From the IMG/VR virus record IMGVR_UViG_3300010384_000007, positions 1 to 57,382 of that record: a stretch of DNA of 57,382 bases; one strand, given 5' to 3'. Position 1 is the stretch's first letter. Every line of letters begins with the position of its first letter. The translations under genes and the position numbers were made by a program. The notes under the pieces were generated by a model. That model worked only from the letters and a program-made list of their open reading frames with translations. It ran no database searches and had not been told where the DNA came from. Positions 9,876 to 18,549 of the stretch are shown one piece after another. This DNA is from a virus (lineage: Duplodnaviria; Caudoviricetes).

Positions 9876-11462
9876 GTGGCACATCTCCTGGAGCGCATCA
9901 TGACCAGCATTCGGGCCGGTGCGGCCGCGTGGACCCAGTACGACAACGACAACCCGGGCCGGACGCTCCCCGACCTCTACTCCCTGCGCTGGGCCATGTA
10001 CTCCGGCTCGCTGTTCGATGACCTCAACCAGTGGTCGGAGCTGATGCGCGACCGGCGCGTCTACGCCAACACGTCCTACCTGTACAAGCACGTTCCGGCG
10101 GTCGTGAACTTTTACGCCACGACGGTGTACCAGGGCGATCTGAGCACGGACGGCAAGCCGCTGCCGGACGGGACGCGGGGTGCGATTCCGATCGATCCGC
10201 AGGTCAGCACGGACGCCGAGGCGGCGCAGCTGCTCCGGGCGATCAGCGAGCTCTGGAACGCCTGGAACTGGCGGCAGGGCATGGCGATCCGACCGACCAT
10301 CGGTGCCGCGCTGGGCGACTGCTACACCGAGCTGTACGACGACATCGACCGAGGGTTTGTCTATCCCGTGACCATCTGGCCGGGGTACGTCACGGAGCTC
10401 ACGCTCGACGCAGTGGGCAACGTCAAGGCCTACACGCTGGAGTACCAGGTCACGGAGGTGGACGCGAAGGGCAAGCTGACCGAGACCTACACGTTTACCA
10501 AGCAGGTGGACAAGGAGGCGTTCCGGTACTTCAAGGACGGTCGGCCCTGGGCCTTTGCGGGGATCGGGCCTGCCGTGCAGCCGAACCCGTACGGATTCGT
10601 GCCGATGGTGGCCGACCGGCACACCGTCAATCCGTTCTCCGAGCGCGGCATGGCAGCAGCCGACAGTGCGATGCAGGGGTTGTTGCAGCTCAACAGCCTG
10701 CTCTCGCACGGTCGCGACCTGCAGCACAAGATCTTCAACGCGCCGATCGTGATCCGCTCGGGGCAGAGCCTGGCCCCGAGCAACCCGAATATCGACCTCT
10801 CCGGGCCGGTCGGCAGCCAGACGGCCGATGAGAACGCCCGGGCGATGGCGGAGACGCTGAACTACTGGCAGGGCGACAAGGACGCCGGCATCCAGCAGCC
10901 GGAGGCCGACGTCGCCGGCATGCTCGCCATGATCGAGTTCATCCGCGACGGCATCCTCGCCGAGAACCCTGAAGCCTCCTTCTTTCGCGAGCTCCGGAAC
11001 ATGAGCCAGGTGACAGCGCCCGGCGCTGAACGGCTGCTCGGCGATGCGGCGGCCCGGTGCCGGAAGGCGCGGGCTGGCTACGACGCCGGGAGCATCAAGG
11101 CGTTCCAGATGGCGATCGCCATGCTCGGCTGGCGCGCTCATCAGCGTGTGGGCATTGGTTGGCAGGGACCGCTGACCAAGCGCCAGCAGGTGTTCCTGCC
11201 CTACGACTTGGCGAGCTACAAGGCGGGGCTGATGGACTTCGGCATCTCCGACCGCCCGGTGATCCTGCCGACCGAGACGGAGCGGATCGACCTGCTGGCC
11301 CGGACGGCGGAACTTGGGCAGTGGGGGCTGACGCAGTTGGGCAAGAGCCCCGCCGAGATCACCATGATCCTGAACGATCAGGCCCGACACGACTTGCTGG
11401 CGGGCGACCTCGCGCCGCTGGTCGATGAGAGCGCAGACAGCGCCGAGGAGCACGCAGCATGA
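9876..11462 (+). CDS. Portal protein
   Basis: 528 aa directly after TerL; NPYGFVP motif typical of SPP1-like portals. Confidence 0.82.
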   Translation: MAHLLERIMTSIRAGAAAWTQYDNDNPGRTLPDLYSLRWAMYSGSLFDDLNQWSELMRDRRVYANTSYLYKHVPAVVNFYATTVYQGDLSTDGKPLPDGTRGAIPIDPQVSTDAEAAQLLRAISELWNAWNWRQGMAIRPTIGAALGDCYTELYDDIDRGFVYPVTIWPGYVTELTLDAVGNVKAYTLEYQVTEVDAKGKLTETYTFTKQVDKEAFRYFKDGRPWAFAGIGPAVQPNPYGFVPMVADRHTVNPFSERGMAAADSAMQGLLQLNSLLSHGRDLQHKIFNAPIVIRSGQSLAPSNPNIDLSGPVGSQTADENARAMAETLNYWQGDKDAGIQQPEADVAGMLAMIEFIRDGILAENPEASFFRELRNMSQVTAPGAERLLGDAAARCRKARAGYDAGSIKAFQMAIAMLGWRAHQRVGIGWQGPLTKRQQVFLPYDLASYKAGLMDFGISDRPVILPTETERIDLLARTAELGQWGLTQLGKSPAEITMILNDQARHDLLAGDLAPLVDESADSAEEHAA

Positions 11463-13303
11463 CGACGATTACCGGGCCGGTCCTCAAGCCGGACAACGTG
11501 ACCATCTGGACTGGCCTGCTGATCGCCTTCCACGCCAGACCCGGCGACTATGGTGCGTCGTCGGTGCTGCCCGAACCGCTGGTCAAGACGAGGACGGACA
11601 GCCTCGGGGCCTTCTCGGTCGATCTGCCTGCGGGCGAGTATGTCGTCAGCTATCCGGAGTACAGCGAAAGCTACTTCGAGGCGCAGACGGCGCCGGAGAC
11701 GCGGTTCAGCATCACCGTTCCGGCGAGTGGGCCGGTGAGCTTGCAGGTGCTCCGCAACCAGACGTTGCAGCAGGCCGGCGGGTACGTCACCCGCGCGGCG
11801 CTGGGGGCGGACGTGGCGGCGGCGACTGACGCTGCCATCGGTGGCGGCTGGGGGCACACGGTTGCGATCACCGGAGACAGCAAAGCGGCGGGGGCGGCCG
11901 ATGCTGTCAACCGGTCCTACTTCCGGGCGTGGGGGATCTGGACCGGTGTCGCGGCCAACGGCAAGATCGACATGCCACACATCTGGGGACATGGTGGCTG
12001 GACCTCGGCCCAGCTGCTCGATGTCTTCGATGCCGAAATCCTGTCACTCAATCCCGATGTGGTCATCGAGGACATGGGGACCAACGACTCCCTCGATGGC
12101 AACAATTCCGCGGCTGGCACGATCGCAAACATCGCGGAAATCCACCGGCGAACTCGGGCGGCAGGTGCTGCCCTGGTGATGACGACGCTGACGCCATCCG
12201 GGTGTCCGGCGGTACCGACTCCGGCGGCACCGACCGTGGTCGTCGAAGCGACTGGCGGGACCATTGGCGCGTCCAGTCCGCAGTACAAGGTGGTGTGGGC
12301 CAATGCGCTTGGCGCGACCCTGCCCAGCCCTGCTGCGACGGCAACCGTATCCAGCGGGACGACCAACGCCGTGGTCATCGAGGTGCCGTATCGCGATGAT
12401 GTGATCGGATGGGACCTCTACAAGTCCACTGACGGCGGCACGACGTTCTTGCGCCTCGCCCAGGTGCGTGGCTCCGGGGGCCAGGGACGATACGCCTGCT
12501 GGTATCGAGACACGGGGAGCGGGACGCCTGCGGGCTCACCTCCGGCGAGCAACACGACCGCGAAGGCGATGCTGGCCGCAGATCGCCGCAAGATCCTCAC
12601 GATCAATGCCGCCAAGCGTGCCTATGCGGAGGCTAACGGCGTCCTGTTGGTGGACCTGTATCGTGTAGTCGTTGACCCACTGACGGGTGCATGGGCGGCA
12701 GGGCTGACCGTGGATGGGACTCACCCATCGAGCCTCGCCTGCAAGCTGCTGGGAGAGGCGGTATGGGCAGCCATTGCGTCACGCATCCGACCGCGCGTCA
12801 CGATGGGGTCGTGGGACAACGCCGATCCGCTCAACCTCGTCCCGGACAACAGCGGCAATCCCAACGGACTCCTACTGACCAACGACGGGACTGTCCCATC
12901 CGGGATGGGAGATTACGGCGGCAGCACGTCCGGGCTGACCAGGACCACGGGGACACGGAGCGGGCACACGGGCGCAGCGTTTGCCGTGACCCGGACAGCA
13001 CACGAGCCCCGGTATTGTGGGCTACCGGCCAAGGCGGTCACACCGGGGCGTGTGATCCAGGCCGCTATCACCATCGAGATGGTCGGGGCCGGCGCAATCG
13101 GGGTGGTCAAGTGGGGATACAACCCGGCAAACCTGCACTGGCGATACACCTTTGACCAACCGATCGGCCCAACGCGCATCCAAACGCCTCCTGTGGTGGT
13201 GCCCGCCGGGGTCACGGCCATCTATGCTGAGGTTGACCTTGGCTCGGAGGCTCCCGGCACGATCGCGGTCAGCGACCTTGTGATCTACGATGTGACACCC
13301 TAG
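11459..13303 (+). CDS. SGNH/GDSL-hydrolase-domain virion-associated protein
   Basis: ITGDS, GHGGWTS, DMGTND and DGTHP blocks; Ig-like N-terminus and beta-rich C-terminus. Confidence 0.78.
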   Translation: MTTITGPVLKPDNVTIWTGLLIAFHARPGDYGASSVLPEPLVKTRTDSLGAFSVDLPAGEYVVSYPEYSESYFEAQTAPETRFSITVPASGPVSLQVLRNQTLQQAGGYVTRAALGADVAAATDAAIGGGWGHTVAITGDSKAAGAADAVNRSYFRAWGIWTGVAANGKIDMPHIWGHGGWTSAQLLDVFDAEILSLNPDVVIEDMGTNDSLDGNNSAAGTIANIAEIHRRTRAAGAALVMTTLTPSGCPAVPTPAAPTVVVEATGGTIGASSPQYKVVWANALGATLPSPAATATVSSGTTNAVVIEVPYRDDVIGWDLYKSTDGGTTFLRLAQVRGSGGQGRYACWYRDTGSGTPAGSPPASNTTAKAMLAADRRKILTINAAKRAYAEANGVLLVDLYRVVVDPLTGAWAAGLTVDGTHPSSLACKLLGEAVWAAIASRIRPRVTMGSWDNADPLNLVPDNSGNPNGLLLTNDGTVPSGMGDYGGSTSGLTRTTGTRSGHTGAAFAVTRTAHEPRYCGLPAKAVTPGRVIQAAITIEMVGAGAIGVVKWGYNPANLHWRYTFDQPIGPTRIQTPPVVVPAGVTAIYAEVDLGSEAPGTIAVSDLVIYDVTP

Positions 13304-13353
13304 CCCCCAGGAGCACGCCATGACACCAGCGACCATCACCACCGAGGCCGAAT

Positions 13354-14292
13354 GTGCTCACCCGTGACCGCCAGCTCTACACGTTGCTCCGGGACGGCTT
13401 CGCCCTCGTGGATGGGTTCTCCCGGTCGCTCGGGGCGGCCTTGCGGCGGGCGGTGCTCGACTTCCCGGCGGCCATCACCCGTAGCACGACGGGATGGCTG
13501 ATGCGCCAGATCGACGGGCTGCTCGGCAAGGCGTTCGGCCTGACCAAGGCGGCGGCGCTGACCTCCGAGTTGTTCGGCGCGATCCTGACGTCCACCGATC
13601 GGGGGGCGCTCCGGCCCTTCGAGGCGCTCTGGCAGCGCATGGAGCGGGCCGTCGAGCGCAAGGGCGCGGGGCTCTGGGGGCGGGTGAAGGCCGGGATGCT
13701 GCGGCAGGGCCTGGAGAGCAACGACCCGCTCGCCCGGACGCTGGCCCGCTTCGAGGCGGACCGGCAGGCGTTCGCCCGCTCCGGCAAGCTGGACGCCAAC
13801 CGGCGATGGGTCGAGGGCGACGGGACGCGCTACCGGCTGTCGGACCGCATCTGGCGTCAGGGGCAGAAGGTCCGCCGGGAGATCGACCGCACGGTCCGGG
13901 AGGGCATCAAAGCCGGGCAGACGCCGGACCAGATCGCGCGCCGGATCGAACGCTACGTCGCACCGGGGCAGGAGGGGCAGGCCGCTCGCCACGCCCGGCT
14001 GCTGGTGCAGGCGGAGACGGCGCACGTCTACCACGAGGCGGAGAAGCAGGCGGCGGAGATTGCCCCGGACGTGGTGGGGCTGCGGTGGGTCCTGTCGGCC
14101 AGCCATAGCTACGACGACGAGTGCAACGACTACGCGGAGGACGAGAGCGACGGGCTAGGGCCGGGCGGCTACCGGCCGCGCAACGTGCCGGAGATGCCGC
14201 ACCCGAGATGCGCGTGTCGCCGGGCGCTGATCTTCCGCGAGGACCTGCGGCTGGGCGACTATCTGATCGAGAAGTACGGAGGCACGATGTGA
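13354..14292 (+). CDS. Minor head / head morphogenesis protein (MuF/gp7-like)
   Basis: ARLLVQAET, LRWVLS..H..DEC and PHPRCACR motifs; start uncertain (see findings). Confidence 0.75.
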   Translation: MLTRDRQLYTLLRDGFALVDGFSRSLGAALRRAVLDFPAAITRSTTGWLMRQIDGLLGKAFGLTKAAALTSELFGAILTSTDRGALRPFEALWQRMERAVERKGAGLWGRVKAGMLRQGLESNDPLARTLARFEADRQAFARSGKLDANRRWVEGDGTRYRLSDRIWRQGQKVRREIDRTVREGIKAGQTPDQIARRIERYVAPGQEGQAARHARLLVQAETAHVYHEAEKQAAEIAPDVVGLRWVLSASHSYDDECNDYAEDESDGLGPGGYRPRNVPEMPHPRCACRRALIFREDLRLGDYLIEKYGGTM

Positions 14293-14480
14293 TGGAGAGT
14301 GCGGAACAGAGGGAGGGCGTGAGGTTATGGGATTCGGCGCCAACCGGACTTGCGGCAGCGACGGCTGCAAGGATGGTGCGGAGCCAGCAGCGGACGGAGC
14401 GTGGCGTATGGGTCAACGGCTTCATAGTTGGGATGAACGTTTCCGTGCTCATTGTCTGGATTGTGATGGTGTTGCGATGA
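14292..14480 (+). CDS. Small membrane protein
   Basis: C-terminal hydrophobic segment GFIVGMNVSVLIVWIVMVL; coupled start. Confidence 0.45.
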   Translation: MESAEQREGVRLWDSAPTGLAAATAARMVRSQQRTERGVWVNGFIVGMNVSVLIVWIVMVLR

Positions 14481-14559
14481 CCACCTCCCTCTGCGACTAC
14501 TGCCCGGACGAGACGGATGACGACGGGTACGTGTGCCCGGTGTGCGGAGGGACGTACTG

Positions 14560-14733
14560 ATGATCGCCCGGACCCAACCCGTCGGCGTCAAGCTGAAGCC
14601 CGATCCGCCCGAGGATGACGCCACCAAGGTCAAGCGCATGTCCGCCACCGTTCGTCGTCACTTGATCGCCATCAGCAAAGTTGCCGACGAACTGGAACGG
14701 ATGGCGGAAGAGCAGGAGCGGAAGGCCGCCTAA
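14560..14733 (+). CDS. Hypothetical protein
   Basis: GGAGG RBS; ends convergently with the RHH gene. Confidence 0.5.
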   Translation: MIARTQPVGVKLKPDPPEDDATKVKRMSATVRRHLIAISKVADELERMAEEQERKAA

Positions 14734-14873
14734 CCTTTCCCCCGGTTATCCAGCGCCTTGCGCAGCAGATGGACGATCTGCGCGTTCAGTGAGCGATCCT
14801 CCGCCGCTGCCCACTTCTTCAATTCTTCCCATAGCTCTGTTGGCAATCGAAGCACCAAGCGTGTCACCTCCAT
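14730..14873 (-). CDS. Arc/Mnt-like ribbon-helix-helix regulator, 47 aa (absent from the ORF track)
   Basis: Hand translation MEVTRLVLRLPTELWEELKKWAAAEDRSLNAQIVHLLRKALDNRGKG*; AAGGAGG RBS; LRLP...RSLN.QIV Arc signature. Confidence 0.88.
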   Translation of the reverse strand: MEVTRLVLRLPTELWEELKKWAAAEDRSLNAQIVHLLRKALDNRGKG

Positions 14874-14893
14874 GGGTGTATCCCTCCTTGCCG

Positions 14894-14942
14894 ACAGTAT
14901 CACGCCGACATCGTTGCAATACTAGTATCATGATGATACTGT
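14894..14942. promoter_or_regulatory. Divergent promoter/operator region
   Basis: AT-rich; perfect inverted repeat AGTATCA-TGA-TGATACT at 14924-14940 and an extra half-site ACAGTATCA at 14894-14902. Confidence 0.65.
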
Positions 14943-14965
14943 AGAGATGTCACCTTAGGGTGTCA

Positions 14966-15135
14966 GGCATGGTGAGGTCCGGCGTGGTTTGGCATGGTGT
15001 GGCGTAGCGAGGCATGGCTTGGCAGGCGGGGCGGGGATGGGTTGGGCTTGGTGGGTCAGGCGAGGCTAGGCAAGGTGAGGCAGGCTAGGCGGGGCGCGGT
15101 TTGGCAAGGTGTGGCGGGGCACGGCAGGTTTGGCA
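14966..15135 (+). ncRNA. GGY-NN pentamer array (putative guide-like ncRNA)
   Basis: 30 pentamers plus 5 tetramers, 33 of 35 starting GGY, with variable NN; GGCA tetramers at 15021, 15079, 15123 and 15132. The repeat is certain; RNA function is inferred. Confidence 0.75.
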
Positions 15136-15155
15136 GTTCACAGGAGGCGCACTAG

Positions 15156-15743
15156 ATGGCAACGGCAGGCATCAGCATTCCGGCTCCGGACATTCGCACG
15201 GTGACGTTTCGCATCGAGGGCACGACGCCGCTGATCTCGCACAAGTGGAGTGAGAAGGCGAAGAAGGCGATGCTCGACAAGCAGATGAAGAAGGCGGCCC
15301 CGGCAAAGGAAGCCAAGAACCCGGAAAAGGATTTCGAGGATTCGATCTATCGCCTGCCGGATGGCGGCTGTGGGTTCCCGGCTATCGGGTTCAAGGCAGC
15401 GATGGTGCGGGCGGGGAAGTCGCTCGGTCTGGCGATGACCGATCTTCGCGCTGCTTTCCACATCAATGGCGAGCGCGGCGTGGACGGTGAAGACCTCATC
15501 CGCATCATCGGCGATCCGTCTCCCCGCGAGGACATGGTTCGCATTGCGATGGGCACTGCAGACATCCGATACCGAGCTGAGTTTGTCGGTTGGTCTGCCG
15601 ACATCACGATCAAGTACAACGCGCGAAATATCAGTGACGAGCAACTTGCCGCGCTGCTGATGCAGGCGGGGTTCGGCACTGGCGTCGGAGAATGGCGCCC
15701 GGAGAAGGACGGATCGTTCGGCATGTGGGAGTTGGCAGCATGA
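15156..15743 (+). CDS. Stand-alone Cas7/RAMP-like protein
   Basis: N-terminal beta strand FRIEGTTPL, FPAIGFKAAM helix and C-terminal Gly-rich loop AGFGTGVGEWRPEKDGSFG; AGGAGG RBS. Confidence 0.72.
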   Translation: MATAGISIPAPDIRTVTFRIEGTTPLISHKWSEKAKKAMLDKQMKKAAPAKEAKNPEKDFEDSIYRLPDGGCGFPAIGFKAAMVRAGKSLGLAMTDLRAAFHINGERGVDGEDLIRIIGDPSPREDMVRIAMGTADIRYRAEFVGWSADITIKYNARNISDEQLAALLMQAGFGTGVGEWRPEKDGSFGMWELAA

Positions 15744-16216
15744 TCTACGAATGGCGCAAGCATGGAGCACCTGGAGCGGGTGTAGATGCGCAGACGGTCG
15801 GAGAGGCCATCGCCAGCATTGCCGAACGGGAAGGGATGTGTACCCCGGCCCGTTTGGTGCAGGAAGCAGGAGGCGGTGCAAGGGACTTGCACCGCCTCTT
15901 CACCTGGGACGACGCGGAGGCCGCACAGCGGTGGCGCGTCCAGGAAGCTCGCAACGTCATCAATGCTATTGTTGTTCGTGTCGAGCGCAATGGGCAGGAA
16001 ACGGAGGCGCCGGCATTCGTCAGCGTGGGGCGCATCGCTGAAACGCAAGATCGAGGGGCGGGGTATCGCCCGGTCCAAGTTGTCGTACAGGACCCGGAGT
16101 TTCGTGCCGAGGCGCTCCAGGAGGCGATCAAGGACTTGAACGCGATCCGGAGGCGGTACGAGGCAATCAAAGAGCTTTCTCCCGTCTGGGACCTAGTGGA
16201 CCGTATCGCCGCTTAG
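15740..16216 (+). CDS. Phage protein partnered with the RAMP-like gene
   Basis: ATGA overlap with the RAMP gene; LHRLFTWDDAEAAQRWRVQEARNVI motif; function unknown. Confidence 0.75.
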   Translation: MIYEWRKHGAPGAGVDAQTVGEAIASIAEREGMCTPARLVQEAGGGARDLHRLFTWDDAEAAQRWRVQEARNVINAIVVRVERNGQETEAPAFVSVGRIAETQDRGAGYRPVQVVVQDPEFRAEALQEAIKDLNAIRRRYEAIKELSPVWDLVDRIAA

Positions 16217-16241
16217 GACGTATTCACGTACGCTATGACCG

Positions 16242-16259
16242 TGCTATGATGAACATAAC
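16242..16259 (+). promoter_or_regulatory. Putative extended -10 promoter for head genes
   Basis: TGcTATGAT followed by gaaCATAAC. Confidence 0.55.
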
Positions 16260-16292
16260 CGCATAACGGCCACCCGGCGCATTGCGTCGGCT

Positions 16293-16352
16293 CGCCCTCT
16301 GTCGTTCGTGGACGCAGGCTTTGCCTCCCTCCCGAGCAGCAGAGGGCGTTTT
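16293..16352 (+). terminator. Leader hairpin/terminator
   Basis: CGCCCTCTG...CAGAGGGCG followed by TTTT. Confidence 0.55.
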
Positions 16353-16456
16353 GCGTTCCGGCCACCGTGGAGCCGTCAATCCCGGAGCCAGACGTACCAG
16401 CCGTCGCCTTGCTGGAGCCACCGGACCGGGGCGGATAACCCGGAGGAGACCACCCG

Positions 16457-16999
16457 ATGACGGACACCACCACGACCACCACCGAATCCACGACGACCGA
16501 GACGACCGAGCCGAAGAAGATCGAGTTCTCGCCTGAACAGTCGGAATGGATCTCCAAGAAGATCGCGGCGGAGTTGAAGTCAGATCGCGAAAAGCGGGAC
16601 GCGGCGGCGGCTGACGAGAAGCGCAAGGCGGATGAAGCCCGTCAGCGGGACGAAGCCACCAAGCGTGGCGAGTTCGACAAGGTCAAGGCCGATCTGGACC
16701 AGGCGATCGCCGCGAAGGATGCCCAGATCGAATCCCTGACCGCTGAGCTGACTACCCTGCGCGAGCAAGCGGAACGCGACTACAAGGCCGCTGTGGCCAA
16801 GCTGCCCGAGGACTACCGGGCGATGGCGCCAAACGATGACGAGCCGATCACGGAGCGACAGACGTGGCTTGCCAAGGCCAGCCAGCTTGCCGAGAAGCGC
16901 ATTGCGGACACCCCACGAGGCAACGGTGGCAACCCGCCACCGAGCGGCGGCGGACAGGGCCCCATCGAAAGCCCCGTCCCCAAGTCGAAACTGATGTAA
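16457..16999 (+). CDS. Capsid scaffolding protein
   Basis: Acidic Thr-rich N-terminus, coiled coil and Gly/Pro-rich C-terminus; lies before the capsid genes. Confidence 0.8.
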   Translation: MTDTTTTTTESTTTETTEPKKIEFSPEQSEWISKKIAAELKSDREKRDAAAADEKRKADEARQRDEATKRGEFDKVKADLDQAIAAKDAQIESLTAELTTLREQAERDYKAAVAKLPEDYRAMAPNDDEPITERQTWLAKASQLAEKRIADTPRGNGGNPPPSGGGQGPIESPVPKSKLM

Positions 17000-17009
17000 G
17001 GAGCGACGC

Positions 17010-17453
17010 ATGGCCGATCTGACGGTCACTCCCGCCCGGCTGCGAGAAGGCGAGGCCGTCCTTGGACGCCGACAGCCAACCGTGGCCGATGAGTCTATCA
17101 GCCGAGGGCAGCTGGTCTATCGCAAGACCAACGGCCGGGTCGCCAAGGCCCGAGCCAATGCCGTCGGCACCGCCAAGGCAATCGGCTTCGCCACGAGCGA
17201 CGCCAACGCCGGGGATACGGTCGAGGCGCTGAAGGAGGGCATCCTCTTCGGATTCGACCTCTCTTCGGTCAACCCCGGGGCCACCCTCTACCTGTCCACC
17301 GCGACCGCTGGTGCCGTGCAGGACACCAAGCCGACCGGCACCGGCAATGTCGTCTTCCCCGTCGGCTCGGTGCAGCAGATGACGGACGTCAACGGGACCA
17401 AGTTCTTGTACGTCGACATCTCGCTTAGCGCCGATCCCGTCGCGCTGCCGTAG
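17010..17453 (+). CDS. Capsid decoration/cement protein
   Basis: ISRGQLVY, AIGFA and PGATLYLS motifs; between scaffold and major capsid protein. Confidence 0.7.
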   Translation: MADLTVTPARLREGEAVLGRRQPTVADESISRGQLVYRKTNGRVAKARANAVGTAKAIGFATSDANAGDTVEALKEGILFGFDLSSVNPGATLYLSTATAGAVQDTKPTGTGNVVFPVGSVQQMTDVNGTKFLYVDISLSADPVALP

Positions 17454-17470
17454 CCTGAAAGGAGCCCTCT

Positions 17471-18538
17471 ATGAGCCTGTTTGGCGGCATCCTCAAGGTT
17501 GACAGCACGAAGCCGCTCAACCTCATCAACGATGCGGACCTCACGTCCGCCATGAACGCCGTGCTGGAGAAGTACCAGCAGGCCCGCGACGAGGCGCAGA
17601 ACCTCTTCGTGGTCGAGCAGACGACCAAGCCGAGCGAGCGCGTCGTCCTCGCTGGCTACGACGAGGGGCAGACCCTCGGTCCGGACGGACGGCCGATCGA
17701 GACGCACACCGCCGGCGACTTCACCGTTGCCTATCCGATCATCCGTCTCGGCTGGGCGCTCGGATGGAACGAGGAGACCTACGCCCGGAAGACGGTGGCG
17801 GACCTCGATCGTGAGGTTGCGGCGAAGACGGCGGGCAACGCCAAGCGTCACGCCCGCGAGATTCTGAAGGCGATCGGCAACAACACCAACTACACCTACA
17901 AGGATGTCGACTACGGCGACCTGACGATCCGGCGCCTCGCCAACAGCGACGGCACCCTCTACCCGGCGGCGGTCAACTCCGACACCGAGGCGGAAGACAA
18001 CCATTACCTGGTGTCCGGCTACGCAGCGGGATCGATCAGCCCGACGAACAACCCGTTCGTCACGCTGGCGGCCGAGGTTCGCGAGCACGTCGACCTGGCT
18101 GCGCCGGTGGTCGCGTTCATCAACTCCGCCCAGCGCATCCAGGTGCTCACCGGCATCACGAACTTCGTGGACACGCCGGTGAGCGGTATCAGCCCGGCGT
18201 ACGGCGAGCAGGTTGCCAGCGAGCTGGCGGGCGTCAACGTCCCCGGCACCTTCCTCGGCGTCGATCCCAACTCCGGCGCCTACGTCTACATCTGGGACCG
18301 TGTCCCGGACGGCTACATCGTCGCGGGCGTTGTCGGTGCCGATGCGCCGGTCAAGCGCCGCATCCCCGAGTACGCGAGCCTTGCGGGTTTCCGGCTCGTG
18401 GACGAGCAGAAGAACTGGCCCTTCTGGAAGCAGACGTGGGTCGAGCGGTTCGGCTACGGCGTCGCCAACCGGCTGGGCTTCGCGGTCATGCAGCTGACGA
18501 CCAACGGGTCCTATACGACCCCGGCGGCCTGGAGCTAA
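17471..18538 (+). CDS. Major capsid protein
   Basis: 355 aa, position, strong RBS and C-terminal ERFGYGVANR motif. Confidence 0.8.
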   Translation: MSLFGGILKVDSTKPLNLINDADLTSAMNAVLEKYQQARDEAQNLFVVEQTTKPSERVVLAGYDEGQTLGPDGRPIETHTAGDFTVAYPIIRLGWALGWNEETYARKTVADLDREVAAKTAGNAKRHAREILKAIGNNTNYTYKDVDYGDLTIRRLANSDGTLYPAAVNSDTEAEDNHYLVSGYAAGSISPTNNPFVTLAAEVREHVDLAAPVVAFINSAQRIQVLTGITNFVDTPVSGISPAYGEQVASELAGVNVPGTFLGVDPNSGAYVYIWDRVPDGYIVAGVVGADAPVKRRIPEYASLAGFRLVDEQKNWPFWKQTWVERFGYGVANRLGFAVMQLTTNGSYTTPAAWS

Positions 18539-18549
18539 GGAGGGGCCTC

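Noticed and set aside
14746-14931. 61-aa minus-strand ORF from the track
   Set aside because: Wrong frame; the overlapping 14730-14873 frame has the RBS and the Arc signature.
14966-15135. Conventional CRISPR array, microsatellite or coding low-complexity region
   Set aside because: There is no 25-40-bp repeat with spacers, units are not identical, the 5/4-nt period is incompatible with codons, and there is no credible ORF. G-quadruplex potential is not excluded but does not explain the fixed Y or the GGCA punctuation.
16235-16242. ATGACCGT matches the first four concatenated NN of block 1 (possible self-target at the head promoter)
   Set aside because: Only 8 bp, about what chance gives in a 57-kb double-stranded genome, and the match breaks afterwards. 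Spot checks found no gapped self-target, but the search was not exhaustive.
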